DNA from: a virus
Lineage: Duplodnaviria; Caudoviricetes
DNA: 35,627 nt
Direction: 5' to 3' (one strand)
Virus record (IMG/VR): IMGVR_UViG_3300036987_000044
Coordinates: 1 to 35,627 of that record
Shown: positions 1 through 9,436 of the stretch, one piece after another
How positions within the stretch are numbered: the first letter of the stretch is position 1
Layout of the letters: every line of letters begins with the position of its first letter
Translations under genes and position numbers: made by a program
The notes under the pieces: generated by a model
What the model was told of the DNA's origin: nothing
Databases searched by the model: none
Seen by the model: the letters and a program-made list of their open reading frames with translations, nothing else

Positions 1-39
1 GAGTGCCACCTAGCGAGTACCATTCCAAAGTAGAACTGT
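1..39. repeat. Terminal direct repeat (assembly circularity overlap), copy 1
   Basis: GAGTGCCACC...GTAGAACTGT is identical to 35589-35627, and a reading frame continues across the junction. Confidence 0.95.
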
Positions 40-751
40 CTACATCTATAACGTCCGCTGTTGAGAATGTATGCACATGGCTTAAAGCCGCCGCATCTGT
101 TATTCCATAACCGCTTAATGTTGTTGGTTTACTTGTTAATTCACTAAAAGCAATTGTTGACCATGTAAGAGTGCCGCTACCATTATTTTTTAGATAGCCG
201 CTTGTAACATGCGCCGCCGGAAAACTGTAAGTTAAATTATTAAGCTTTGTTATGTTGCCGTTTGTATCAACATTAAATTTATTTGTGCCAATGGCAAGTG
301 TTGCCCCTTTTATATTCCCGCTCTCATCAATAACCCACAGCTCTTCAGATCCAATAGCGCGCGCCGCAATAGAAAATCCTTTTGCGGAAATTCCTTTTTC
401 AAAATGAGGGATATAAACAACATCATTATTTCCAACTATAAGACTTATTAACTCTGTGTCACTAACACCGGCGGTTATTAAAAGACTTTTAGAACTTGCT
501 GAAGTTGTACCACCTAAATTAAATGAGATAGTGCTATTTGTAACACCGCCTATAGTTGAAGCTACAACTTCACTTTTCAAAAAATTATATTCGAATTTAT
601 TGCGGAGATATAAAAAGTCCATCTCCATTCCTAATTTAGGAATATCAACTCCCACTTCCTCAACAGCCATAAATGAAAGCCCGTGCCCCGCTTCAATACC
701 TTCACTAAAGTGAGCGCTTCCCGTTCGTTCTATAAAGAATGCTCCTATCAT
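1..751 (-). CDS. Tail fibre protein, 5' part (joins 35588..35098; 413 aa total)
   Basis: ATG at 751 overlaps the upstream stop (ATGA). Frame MIGAFFIERTG... is open to base 1 and in frame with the 35098..35616 ORF. Two PTTLSGYGITDAAAL motifs typical of tail fibres. Absent from the ORF track. Confidence 0.85.
   Translation of the reverse strand, partial: MIGAFFIERTGSAHFSEGIEAGHGLSFMAVEEVGVDIPKLGMEMDFLYLRNKFEYNFLKSEVVASTIGGVTNSTISFNLGGTTSASSKSLLITAGVSDTELISLIVGNNDVVYIPHFEKGISAKGFSIAARAIGSEELWVIDESGNIKGATLAIGTNKFNVDTNGNITKLNNLTYSFPAAHVTSGYLKNNGSGTLTWSTIAFSELTSKPTTLSGYGITDAAALSHVHTFSTADVIDVDSSTLEWYSLGGT
87..127. repeat. 41-bp direct repeat inside the tail fibre gene (second copy 35438-35478)
   Basis: GCCGCCGCATCTGTTATTCCATAACCGCTTAATGTTGTTGG occurs twice and encodes the PTTLSGYGITDAA motif. 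Confidence 0.9.
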
Positions 752-3333
752 GTTACCGCCTCAATATTAATTCCTACCGGAGCGTTCGCGTCATAGTGCA
801 AAGTAGTATCAGCGTAAATGTCAAAGCTTACATATAAACCGGTGTAACTTGTATCAATTACTTTACTAAAGATGTATTTATAATCTTCATCATTTATTTT
901 TTTATCGGGCAAGGTTGCTATTAGATACCATTTACCATTGGCATCATCAACTGTAGGTCTTTTTGTTACGGGGAATTTTTCACCGGCTGTAGCAACAAAC
1001 ATATAAACATAATACCTTTTAGTTGTTTGCCATTGAGTAGTATCAACCACTTGCAAGTAAGTAGGTAGCAGAGTTATTAAAGGTAGTTGTCTTTCTACAC
1101 CGGTAATATCTGTAGCGGTTTCTTCAGAGCTTGCGTACATGTTATCAAACTTAAACTTAAATCTATCACCAACATATTGAGATAGATCATCAGCTGTATA
1201 TTCATCATCATTTTCATCAATATATTTTAAGTTGGTAACTTTTACCAAAGTTGCTATAACATTATTAATAGGTTTGGGATTGTTATAAATCTGAACTTGT
1301 TCTTCAGTTGTTGTAGTTATAGCGTCAACATCCCACAATTGAACCGTTAAGGTTATGTTGTTTTCTTTTGGATCTTTTTTAATTACTTCAAAAATTTTAT
1401 TGGTGTAATCGGTACCGTCATAGTTGGTAAATTCATCAGTGTTTAAGTAAACAAGTTGGCCTACTTTAATAGAACTATCTTTTAGTTCAACATCGAATGA
1501 GAATGAAGGGCGCGGCGTTCTTCTTTTAGCGAGTCTTGAATTACATAAAGTAGAAAGGAAAGTAGTAATAGCTGTTTGAGTTCCGCAATCATTATTAATC
1601 CAATCGGTTGTAAGTGGTTCAGCGTTAACTTCATTTTGTTCATTCGCACCTTCAGCATCAACATATATTTCTACATGCGCGTTATCATATTTGGTTTTGT
1701 CATCGGCTTCAGTTTTATTGTAGGTTAAAATGATTCTTGTTTTTAAGTCTTCAAGATTATATTCAACAGAACTGGAATTTTTTACAATGTTGGTTGCGTC
1801 TGTTATTGTATGACTTACGGTGTTGTCGGTTATGTACTTAAAATCTATTTTACCTAATTCGTTTACCCATAATTTACCATTCAGCATTCGGACCATATCA
1901 AAGACTATTTTGCCGAAATCGGTATCCTTAAAATTTGGGAGGTAGCTAAAGTTTATACCCGTGTAAGCATCTCTATAAGCTTCTAGTTTGGTTTTTTCAT
2001 AATCAGTTGCGGAGTAACCGGCAACAGTGAGCATACTCATTAAATGAGTGAATGGATTGCCCGGAGCCTTTGAGAAGATAGCTTGTATATTTGTACCTTC
2101 ATAATGCCTAGCACCTTTTGTATTGCCTTGAAGTCTTTTAATGTTGTTAATAGAATCGGCATCTTTACTAGCATAATAAATAGCTTCATCTTCAATTCTT
2201 ATATACCCGCTGGAATCTAAAAGAGAAGTATCATCTATTCCTAAATTAATAGCTGTAGCTATCGGGTTCCAAGCTTGCAAGTCCGCCGGATCCGTTCCGC
2301 TAAGTTGCATAATTCTATAAGCTTCAACCGGAGGGGTTCCATCTGTAGTAAACTCAAAATCGCCATCATCAGTAAAAGTAGTTTCTGTTGTTTGAATGTA
2401 CTTGGTAAAATCATCCCTTCCATAAATTCGGTAATAAGAAGCATTATCAACAGCATCCCAATCTAGTGTAAATTCATCATAGGGATTTTCATAAGCGAAC
2501 ATAATTTCGTTTGAACTCGCAATCGGGTTTCCGTTTACGTCAAAAGCTACCACGCGGTAATAATAATCTTGATCTAAATAGCCGTTAGTTCCAAGTGTCT
2601 GTTCAACTTTTATAAATAAGAAATCCGTTCTCAAAGCATAATCACCATTTAGCGCGGGTAGTTGTAGCATCTTTTCTTCACTTTCAACTTTGGTAATTGC
2701 GCCAAGGTCTTCAGTTATTTTTGCGTTTAACTTAATGGGATACTTTACACTCTCTAAAGCTTTGATATTATCAATACATCCTATCTTTGCGGTTCCGTTC
2801 CCGCGGCTGAAACTATTTATTTTACCAACATATCTCAGTTCAAAATCTTCTAAAGCTAATCCTTCATAACCCTCATAAACTTCGGCTGTACGTTTTCTTA
2901 TATAGGGATTTCGTTCAATCAATTTCTTAAAGTGAGTACCACCTACATTTAGTTGTGAGATTGCTCTTTCTGTAATGTATGGGTCTATCCCAATATCATT
3001 ATCGGGCACATCAGCAAAGGTTAAGTTTGCGCGGGAGGGAATAGTTTTATCATCTAAAAGCTCTGTAGGTAAATATTCAGCAACTTCCAAAAAGGGTTTT
3101 GCGTTCAATAGAGCAATGGTTGTAATGCTTGCGTTTGTATTAACATATCTATATTCTTTTGTGGTTTTAGCGTAAGCCGCTTTGTAGGTACATGTTCTGT
3201 AGGTGTTAAAACATTCGGTACCTTCAGCTAAACAAGGATCTACTCCAAAAACTTCAGAGCAAGAATCCAACTTTATAATTACCAGAGTTACGGGTTTTTT
3301 AATAAGTTCATTTTGCTTATCGCTAAAACTCAT
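748..3333 (-). CDS. Tail tip/hub protein
   Basis: 861 aa, two genes after tape measure; N-terminal Cys cluster (C..C..C..C..C) and an FN3-like segment (YYYRVVAFD...WDAVDNASYYRIY). Confidence 0.7.
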   Translation of the reverse strand: MSFSDKQNELIKKPVTLVIIKLDSCSEVFGVDPCLAEGTECFNTYRTCTYKAAYAKTTKEYRYVNTNASITTIALLNAKPFLEVAEYLPTELLDDKTIPSRANLTFADVPDNDIGIDPYITERAISQLNVGGTHFKKLIERNPYIRKRTAEVYEGYEGLALEDFELRYVGKINSFSRGNGTAKIGCIDNIKALESVKYPIKLNAKITEDLGAITKVESEEKMLQLPALNGDYALRTDFLFIKVEQTLGTNGYLDQDYYYRVVAFDVNGNPIASSNEIMFAYENPYDEFTLDWDAVDNASYYRIYGRDDFTKYIQTTETTFTDDGDFEFTTDGTPPVEAYRIMQLSGTDPADLQAWNPIATAINLGIDDTSLLDSSGYIRIEDEAIYYASKDADSINNIKRLQGNTKGARHYEGTNIQAIFSKAPGNPFTHLMSMLTVAGYSATDYEKTKLEAYRDAYTGINFSYLPNFKDTDFGKIVFDMVRMLNGKLWVNELGKIDFKYITDNTVSHTITDATNIVKNSSSVEYNLEDLKTRIILTYNKTEADDKTKYDNAHVEIYVDAEGANEQNEVNAEPLTTDWINNDCGTQTAITTFLSTLCNSRLAKRRTPRPSFSFDVELKDSSIKVGQLVYLNTDEFTNYDGTDYTNKIFEVIKKDPKENNITLTVQLWDVDAITTTTEEQVQIYNNPKPINNVIATLVKVTNLKYIDENDDEYTADDLSQYVGDRFKFKFDNMYASSEETATDITGVERQLPLITLLPTYLQVVDTTQWQTTKRYYVYMFVATAGEKFPVTKRPTVDDANGKWYLIATLPDKKINDEDYKYIFSKVIDTSYTGLYVSFDIYADTTLHYDANAPVGINIEAVT

Positions 3334-4082
3334 CTGCTCCCCTCCGCGTCAACCGTTAAAGTATCATAATAATTAGCATTACTGTAAGGGAGGCTTCCTA
3401 CATAACTTAATTTCATTCGGCAAAAGAAAACATCAGCGGCGTTTGTTAAATCTACAGCGTAAAAAAATGGTTTTAAGAACTTAGCATGATTGTGCCAAAA
3501 TGGGTTCCAATTAGTAGAAGCCCATGTTTTATCCACATCTTGAAAAGTATGATTAAATGATACCGGATTATAACGGTAAATAACTCCTAAAAGATTTCCC
3601 GTTTTACTTACAAAGTTTTCGGCTTCAATCCCCTCTTCATAATTTGAAAGAGGTCCATTAGGAGGATATGTAAAAGCGATAGCTGTTCCAAAGTATAAAA
3701 CACCAATGTAAGGTTCCCCGCTTGCGTTTACTATTTTAATTCGCCAATACTGTTTACTTACCGCGGTAAAGGAAAACATAATTGCGTTATTGTGTGTAGG
3801 TGTTACGGTTGCGGCTTCAGTCCAAGTTGAATTATCCGGGCTATGCTCAACACTTACAACACATCCTACACTAGATAAGTTATGCCCGCATAAAGCAACT
3901 TCGCTAATTGAAGTAGCTCCGCTAAAAGCTCCCTTAATAAAATTAGTACCGGCGGCATTTGCTTTCCAGAATGTATAATTTCTCATATCTAGAACACTGG
4001 TTACATCGTAACCCGCATAAGTGCCGGAGGCTGTAACAGTTGCGTCTAGTAATTTATTATACCACAATAATCTAGGTGTCAA
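3330..4082 (-). CDS. Distal tail protein-like
   Basis: 250 aa directly after tape measure; discoidin-like segment (SPDNSTWT...QYWRIKI). Confidence 0.6.
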   Translation of the reverse strand: MTPRLLWYNKLLDATVTASGTYAGYDVTSVLDMRNYTFWKANAAGTNFIKGAFSGATSISEVALCGHNLSSVGCVVSVEHSPDNSTWTEAATVTPTHNNAIMFSFTAVSKQYWRIKIVNASGEPYIGVLYFGTAIAFTYPPNGPLSNYEEGIEAENFVSKTGNLLGVIYRYNPVSFNHTFQDVDKTWASTNWNPFWHNHAKFLKPFFYAVDLTNAADVFFCRMKLSYVGSLPYSNANYYDTLTVDAEGSR

Positions 4083-6019
4083 TCGCCACCTCCGAAATTA
4101 ATAGTACCGTCATCAACAGCGCGTTTAATGCTACCGCTTAAATTTTCCCTTACCCATTTATCTAAATTGGTACCGGCTAAAACTTCACTATTAATAACTA
4201 GAGAGAAATTAACTGATCTTTGATTATTGTTTGTAGTTGCCATAGATCTAACAGAATCGGAAGGGAGAGAAGGGCGGGATATACCTCCACCCCCGCCGCC
4301 ACGCGAAGACGGTTGAGTAGAAGCAATCCGCGCCACTTGAGCTAAACCGCTAGTAATAACAGCCGCCGCCATTGCGAATCCAAAAAAACCGCCTTGCCCT
4401 AATGCTTTGGTTGCGCCTTCGTATGTGTTCATTATAGCTTGCGCTATAGAAAATCCTTTAGCCGCTTGAAATAAACCTTTGTTAGTATTCTCTGAAAGAG
4501 TTGCAAACTCCATGAGAGAATCACCCATTGAACCGAATATATTAGTGCCCGCCATTTCCATAATTTGAAAATGTGCCATGCTCTCATTACTGATATCGCT
4601 TACAACATTTAAGAATGATTGTTTATAAGAATCTATTCTCGATTGATCTATAGCGGGTGTAATTTGCATTTCAGTTTTTGGAGCGAACATTTCACGGGGA
4701 TCAGCTCCAAAGTTCTTTTCAATCATTGTTTGTAGGTGTGAATTTATTAACTGAGTAGCACCGGCAATGCCGTTAAATTTTTCTCGCAAACCTTCAGCAT
4801 ATCTATTTAGCTCTAAAAGCTTAACAGCTTGCGGGCTTAAACCGGCACTCATAATTTGGGATTTCAAAGTATCAGCAATACCTAGCCATTGATCATGTAA
4901 GGCTTTAGCTTTTCTTGTTTGTTCACCTAGAGCATCTTGCTCTCTTTGCCCGGCGTTTAACTTTGCGAGCATTTCTTGATAACCACTAGCATCTTGCCAT
5001 AATGCTTTAAAACCAGCACCGGCTGAAAGAGAAGTTTGTTTAATTCTTTCCATGCCAATTTTTATTACATCATCAATTTCACCCCAACTTAATGTAACTA
5101 TCTTACCTATTACAGCGCCGTATGTACCAACAGCTTGCGCATAAACCAAAAGAGCGGAGGCAACACCACCGGCTAATGTCATTACAACTTTAAGAGCTAC
5201 TCCAATACCTTGCGCCACTGTTTGAAGTGATTGGCCGTCTTGTGTTACAGTAACCATTGAAGATGATATAGCAACTAATGAGGGTAATAATTCGCTAGCT
5301 AATTGTACTCCTATTCCACTAACAGCATAACCTAAGCGAGTGAGATTATCATTAAACTCTTCAGCGGCTTTAGCAGTGTTGGTTGTCATTTCTAAACCTA
5401 ACCGGCGGGCTTCACTTTGTAAAGATTGAATTCCATCAGAGCCGCTGTTTAATAATGGTATTAGATTAGTGCCACTTTTACCAAATAGATCTTGTGCTAG
5501 CGCGGCTTTACGAGCGCCATCATTCATGTCCTTAAATCTATCTGCAACATCCATCATTAATGTTTCAGTTGATTTAAGAGTTCCATCATTATTTTTAATA
5601 GAAATGTTTAGAGCATCGAATGCTTCTTTAGAAGTTTCCATTCCGAGTGAAGCATCATAGATATTAGAATTGAATTTTCGGAAACCATTGTCTAACCCTT
5701 CCATTGAAACACCCGCTAGATCAGCGGCGTATTTTAGAGTAGAAAGAGATTCAACAGAAACGCCGGTACGTTGGCTCATCTTTGCGAATTCATCAGCGGT
5801 TTCAATTGTGTTCTTTATTAAAACACCAATACCCGCAACAACAGCACCAACTGAAACATTGAGAGCATTTAAGCCAAGGCTATCTGCTAAATTCCCGATA
5901 CCGGAACCGATACCTTTAGTTTTTCCTTTTAAGCCATCAAGTTTAGTTTCAACACCATTAATGGCTTTAATGGCAGTTACGTTGTTACCTTCAATTGTTA
6001 TTTCAACTTTGTTTGCCAT
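4079..6019 (-). CDS. Tail tape measure protein
   Basis: 646 aa, Ala/Gly-rich helical; KMSQRTGVSVESLSTLKYAA and DLFGKSG motifs; follows the chaperone genes. Confidence 0.92.
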   Translation of the reverse strand: MANKVEITIEGNNVTAIKAINGVETKLDGLKGKTKGIGSGIGNLADSLGLNALNVSVGAVVAGIGVLIKNTIETADEFAKMSQRTGVSVESLSTLKYAADLAGVSMEGLDNGFRKFNSNIYDASLGMETSKEAFDALNISIKNNDGTLKSTETLMMDVADRFKDMNDGARKAALAQDLFGKSGTNLIPLLNSGSDGIQSLQSEARRLGLEMTTNTAKAAEEFNDNLTRLGYAVSGIGVQLASELLPSLVAISSSMVTVTQDGQSLQTVAQGIGVALKVVMTLAGGVASALLVYAQAVGTYGAVIGKIVTLSWGEIDDVIKIGMERIKQTSLSAGAGFKALWQDASGYQEMLAKLNAGQREQDALGEQTRKAKALHDQWLGIADTLKSQIMSAGLSPQAVKLLELNRYAEGLREKFNGIAGATQLINSHLQTMIEKNFGADPREMFAPKTEMQITPAIDQSRIDSYKQSFLNVVSDISNESMAHFQIMEMAGTNIFGSMGDSLMEFATLSENTNKGLFQAAKGFSIAQAIMNTYEGATKALGQGGFFGFAMAAAVITSGLAQVARIASTQPSSRGGGGGGISRPSLPSDSVRSMATTNNNQRSVNFSLVINSEVLAGTNLDKWVRENLSGSIKRAVDDGTINFGGGD

Positions 6020-6668
6020 TGAGTGATCTCTGCTTTTAGTTGGCTAACATATTGCCATTGTTCAAGTGTTATGCTGTTAGGTTTAAGAGGATATCCGGCA
6101 TTTTGTAAATCAATTATGAACATCGCAAAAAGGAAGCGCGCGTCATAAACATATTCTTGTTTATCTCTTTCGTATGTTTCCCAAATTGCTTTAGCTTCAG
6201 CTTCAGAGGAATGTCTAGCTTTGCACTCCTCCCATGTTTCCGGGTAACTGCTAGAGAGATAGTTTTTTAATTCACTACGAAAGGGCGGGGTTCTTCCTTT
6301 ATAACAAAAGAACTTTCGCCAAAAATTGTTTTAATAACATTCATCAAAATATCGGAAGCGGTTTCTTTTAGAATACCAAACCACCCCGGATAATAATCAG
6401 AGTCATTTTTATCTGAAGAGATTTCTTTACCTTCAACAGTAAAATCACCTTTCCTAAAACCAGTAATAAACTTTTCAGCCCATGAAAGTTGAAGGTTAAT
6501 AACTTCTTCAAAACTATTTTTCTTGGTTAAGATATTAAGAGCGGCACTTTGATAGAGGATTCTATCTTGTGTAGTTGGTGTTTTGTAGTATAATTTGATT
6601 TTAGTACCGCTTAAAGAATCGAACAAAGTAATTTCGTTTTGTTCGGAGTATTTGAGTTCGCGTGGCAT
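5998..6668 (-). CDS. Tail assembly chaperone long form (gpGT-like, -1 frameshift, ~223 aa)
   Basis: In-frame slippery heptamer C CCT TTC at 6285-6279; the -1 frame is open for 93 further codons to TAA at 6000-5998, filling the gap to tape measure. Confidence 0.8.
6267..6668 (-). CDS. Tail assembly chaperone short form (gpG-like)
   Basis: 133 aa between tail tube and tape measure; GGAG RBS. Confidence 0.8.
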   Translation of the reverse strand: MPRELKYSEQNEITLFDSLSGTKIKLYYKTPTTQDRILYQSAALNILTKKNSFEEVINLQLSWAEKFITGFRKGDFTVEGKEISSDKNDSDYYPGWFGILKETASDILMNVIKTIFGESSFVIKEEPRPFVVN

Positions 6669-6676
6669 ACATTCTC

Positions 6677-7630
6677 CTATTTGAAAACAATTATTAAATC
6701 AGTGTTACCGGTTGCCATACTTGGCCTATATTGACCGGTTAAATCCCATGTAGCTATTCCATCACGTTCACCGGCTTTAGGCGCGTCCAGTGTAACCTTT
6801 GCGCTAGTAAGTTCAATTAAATTACCGGCGGTGTAAGTTGGTTTAGTTTCAATAGCTATTTCTGTTTGAGCTTGATGCAAAGTATAAGGGTTCAAGTTTG
6901 CGAGTGTATCTTGTTCGGGGTCAAAAGTATATTTTGTTTTTCTTTGAGAAATATAATATCTCGAAATTCCATAAGGTCCATTCGGGTCCGGTCGTTTTTT
7001 AGTTTCAAGACCTAAGTCAATTTCATACTTGCTAACTGTTGGTGTGTATTCGGTACCGGGGTTTATTTTGAAGTTAGCAATTTGCCATACTTGAAGAGCT
7101 GAAGTTTCGAAAGTTGGTGAAGGGAAAGTTACATCTTCAATAGCACCGCCATAAATTCCTATAATATCCATTTCAATGTAATTTAATTCACCGGCTTGTA
7201 ATGGAATCTTAAAAGCGGCGGCAACACATCCGAGTAGTTTATGTCTTTTGCCGTTATCCCAAAAATAAGCGGTAGCGGTTTCAGTATCGTATGAGGAGTG
7301 AGGAGTATAAGTAACACTAACACCGGCGCTAATTGTTTGAGTAAAACCCGCAATACGTAAAGGTACACCGCAACGTGGAGCAGTGCCCGCGGTTCCGCTT
7401 GCCTTAAATGGAATTTTAAGCCCACTAAGTTTATAAGCTTCACCAATTATTAAGGGAGCGCTTTCGCCAAAATGCCCTAATGGAATAGGTCTAGTTTTAG
7501 CTTGTGTAACCATTTCGAATGATGGAGTATCATGTAATTCCAGAGCATCATCAGCGGCGGCCGGAGTAGGATCCGTATTTAGCTGAGATTCAATTTTTAA
7601 GAATACTGTATGCCTAACTTTTATTGCCAT
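6677..7630 (-). CDS. Major tail tube protein
   Basis: 317 aa, beta-rich; KIES...DPTP N-terminus, SGTAGTAP motif; position before the chaperone; strong AGGAGG RBS. Confidence 0.85.
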   Translation of the reverse strand: MAIKVRHTVFLKIESQLNTDPTPAAADDALELHDTPSFEMVTQAKTRPIPLGHFGESAPLIIGEAYKLSGLKIPFKASGTAGTAPRCGVPLRIAGFTQTISAGVSVTYTPHSSYDTETATAYFWDNGKRHKLLGCVAAAFKIPLQAGELNYIEMDIIGIYGGAIEDVTFPSPTFETSALQVWQIANFKINPGTEYTPTVSKYEIDLGLETKKRPDPNGPYGISRYYISQRKTKYTFDPEQDTLANLNPYTLHQAQTEIAIETKPTYTAGNLIELTSAKVTLDAPKAGERDGIATWDLTGQYRPSMATGNTDLIIVFK

Positions 7631-7802
7631 GATCGACCTCCTTTTCTTTTAATTCTTTTTCAATTTTTTTTTCGCGCGCTTTCATAGCGGGGTCGTTTAA
7701 GTCCGGCACAATATCTTTACCTTTAATAATGTAGGCTCCCGGTTTACCAACGACTTGCACATCGGGTCTTGACACTGTTATGTTATCCATCATGTACTCC
7801 AT
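7614..7802 (-). CDS. Small hypothetical tail-region protein
   Basis: 62-aa ORF overlapping both neighbours. Confidence 0.6.
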   Translation of the reverse strand: MEYMMDNITVSRPDVQVVGKPGAYIIKGKDIVPDLNDPAMKAREKKIEKELKEKEVDHGNKS

Positions 7803-8224
7803 ATATTTTTCTTGTAAAAAACTTCTATATTAATTCGCCGTGTGGCAATTAAATTTCCTTGTTGATCTGTAACATCGCTTTCGGTATTAATGTACTCGCT
7901 ATTGATTGCAAGTCCGCTGAATGTATGATTAGAGCCTATGAGTTTTAGAATATCACTTACAACTAAACCTACATTCTTGGTTTTATTTTTATCCATTATG
8001 TCAATGATAATAGGAGTTTTGCAATACTCTAAAGTTTCAGATGAATCTTTGAACAGCTTTATCTCTTCTCCTTTTGTGATATTAATACCTTCATCAATTG
8101 GAGCGGCTGAATTTGTATAGACTTTTGTGTAAGTATAATTATACTCACTTGTGTCACTTATAGCTTTAATTTGATCTTTGAGAGAGTCGCTTAAGTTATC
8201 CGATATGTTTATAGGTTTACTCAT
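7790..8224 (-). CDS. Tail terminator (gpU-like)
   Basis: 144 aa; position before tail tube; C-terminal TFSGLA...IEVFY pattern. Confidence 0.6.
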   Translation of the reverse strand: MSKPINISDNLSDSLKDQIKAISDTSEYNYTYTKVYTNSAAPIDEGINITKGEEIKLFKDSSETLEYCKTPIIIDIMDKNKTKNVGLVVSDILKLIGSNHTFSGLAINSEYINTESDVTDQQGNLIATRRINIEVFYKKNIWST

Positions 8225-8531
8225 TTGCTGAAACTCTGCTAAGGTTTACGGTCGCGAACCCTTCCACATTTTGCGGAGGTTCTAACACATAAAATATTTC
8301 ATTTGAATATTTTCTTTTTACAGTACAATTCTGAGTTAAACTAGATACTATTGAATAAGGGAATTCAACACTTGGATTATTATTTATAACAGTAACTCCA
8401 TTAATTTCAGTTGGTGTATTTTCGGAATTCCAAATACCCATAACACTTTTTTTAGAGCCGTTTGAAAATGTAACCTCAAACGGCTCTGCAAAATCGAATT
8501 CATTAAAAAACACATCAACTTCTTGAATCAT
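8217..8531 (-). CDS. Head-tail joining protein (gpFII-like)
   Basis: 104 aa; FFNEFDFAE...GI pattern and position. Confidence 0.65.
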   Translation of the reverse strand: MIQEVDVFFNEFDFAEPFEVTFSNGSKKSVMGIWNSENTPTEINGVTVINNNPSVEFPYSIVSSLTQNCTVKRKYSNEIFYVLEPPQNVEGFATVNLSRVSANE

Positions 8532-9016
8532 TAGTTTTCATCTCGCTTAATAAAATAGATGCCTAAATCAAGTCTGGTTACGCGTCTGCCGGTTGCTAAG
8601 TTTGCAAGCTTAAATTTTACGTAAGGCGCTTTAACTGTAAACCTTAAACTAACGGCTCCGAATACTGAGGTAGTATCTTTTGTAAGTAAGCTATCATTAC
8701 CAAGTATCCAGTTTCCGTTAACTGTAGGATCACCATAACAAACGAAATAATCGAGCTTTAATTTAGGATTGCCCGCGGCTGTAGTAGCTTTACCGCCAAT
8801 GTAAACCCCGTCTGTAGTCCACGCGTAATTATCATAATTGGTGAGGTCGAGAGCTTGGCTGTAAATTGTTTCAACCGAATCTACAGTTATGGCATTCCAT
8901 CTAAGAGCAAGGCCATTCTCCCGCGCGTAAGCGGAAAGATTATCGGTTGTAGTTTGCGCCACTAATGGCAATGTAATAATCACCATCAGCGCTAAGATTG
9001 AGAATAATTTTTTCAA
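8531..9016 (-). CDS. Signal-peptide-bearing beta-rich protein in the head operon
   Basis: TTG start after AAGGAG; MKKLFSILALMVIITLPLVA-Q is a Sec-type signal peptide. Confidence 0.75.
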   Translation of the reverse strand: MKKLFSILALMVIITLPLVAQTTTDNLSAYARENGLALRWNAITVDSVETIYSQALDLTNYDNYAWTTDGVYIGGKATTAAGNPKLKLDYFVCYGDPTVNGNWILGNDSLLTKDTTSVFGAVSLRFTVKAPYVKFKLANLATGRRVTRLDLGIYFIKRDEN

Positions 9017-9071
9017 GGTAGTATCTCCTTATTTTTATTATGAATTATTTTTTCAAAGCCAGCGGAAAGGA

Positions 9072-9374
9072 TTATTTCCCTTTCCCTTTTTCATTTAAAG
9101 ATTTTTCAGCTTCTTGTTTAGTAGCTTCACGCTGAAATTTTTCCTTCTGTTCGGTTTCATATTTTACAACAGCTTCAAAATCCTTTGGATATAAGATTTT
9201 ATTTTGGAAGTATAGATCTTTTTTAACACCGCCCTTTAATGAAACAGATTCATTTTTTTTGAACGCTCTAGCCGGTTTACCAGCAACAGCTATTCTGCAA
9301 GGTTTGAACACAATAAATTCTTCTTCTTCATTGATCTTATCTTGGTTCCAAGGTGTGATTTTAGGCTTTTCCAT
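9072..9374 (-). CDS. Hypothetical head-region protein
   Basis: 100-aa charged ORF immediately after the capsid gene. Confidence 0.65.
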   Translation of the reverse strand: MEKPKITPWNQDKINEEEEFIVFKPCRIAVAGKPARAFKKNESVSLKGGVKKDLYFQNKILYPKDFEAVVKYETEQKEKFQREATKQEAEKSLNEKGKGK

Positions 9375-9400
9375 TTGTATTATCTCGCGTTAGTTTTTAA

Positions 9401-9428
9401 TAAATAATTAAGCCGGATAAGCTCCGGC
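9401..9428 (-). terminator. Possible intrinsic terminator after the capsid gene
   Basis: GCCGGA-GCTTA-TCCGGC hairpin followed by TTAATTATTT (weak U tract). Confidence 0.45.
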
Positions 9429-9436
9429 GGGCTTTA

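Noticed and set aside
87-127. Tail fibre repeat as a diversity-generating retroelement TR/VR pair
   Set aside because: The copies are identical with no adenine-specific differences, and no reverse transcriptase is encoded.
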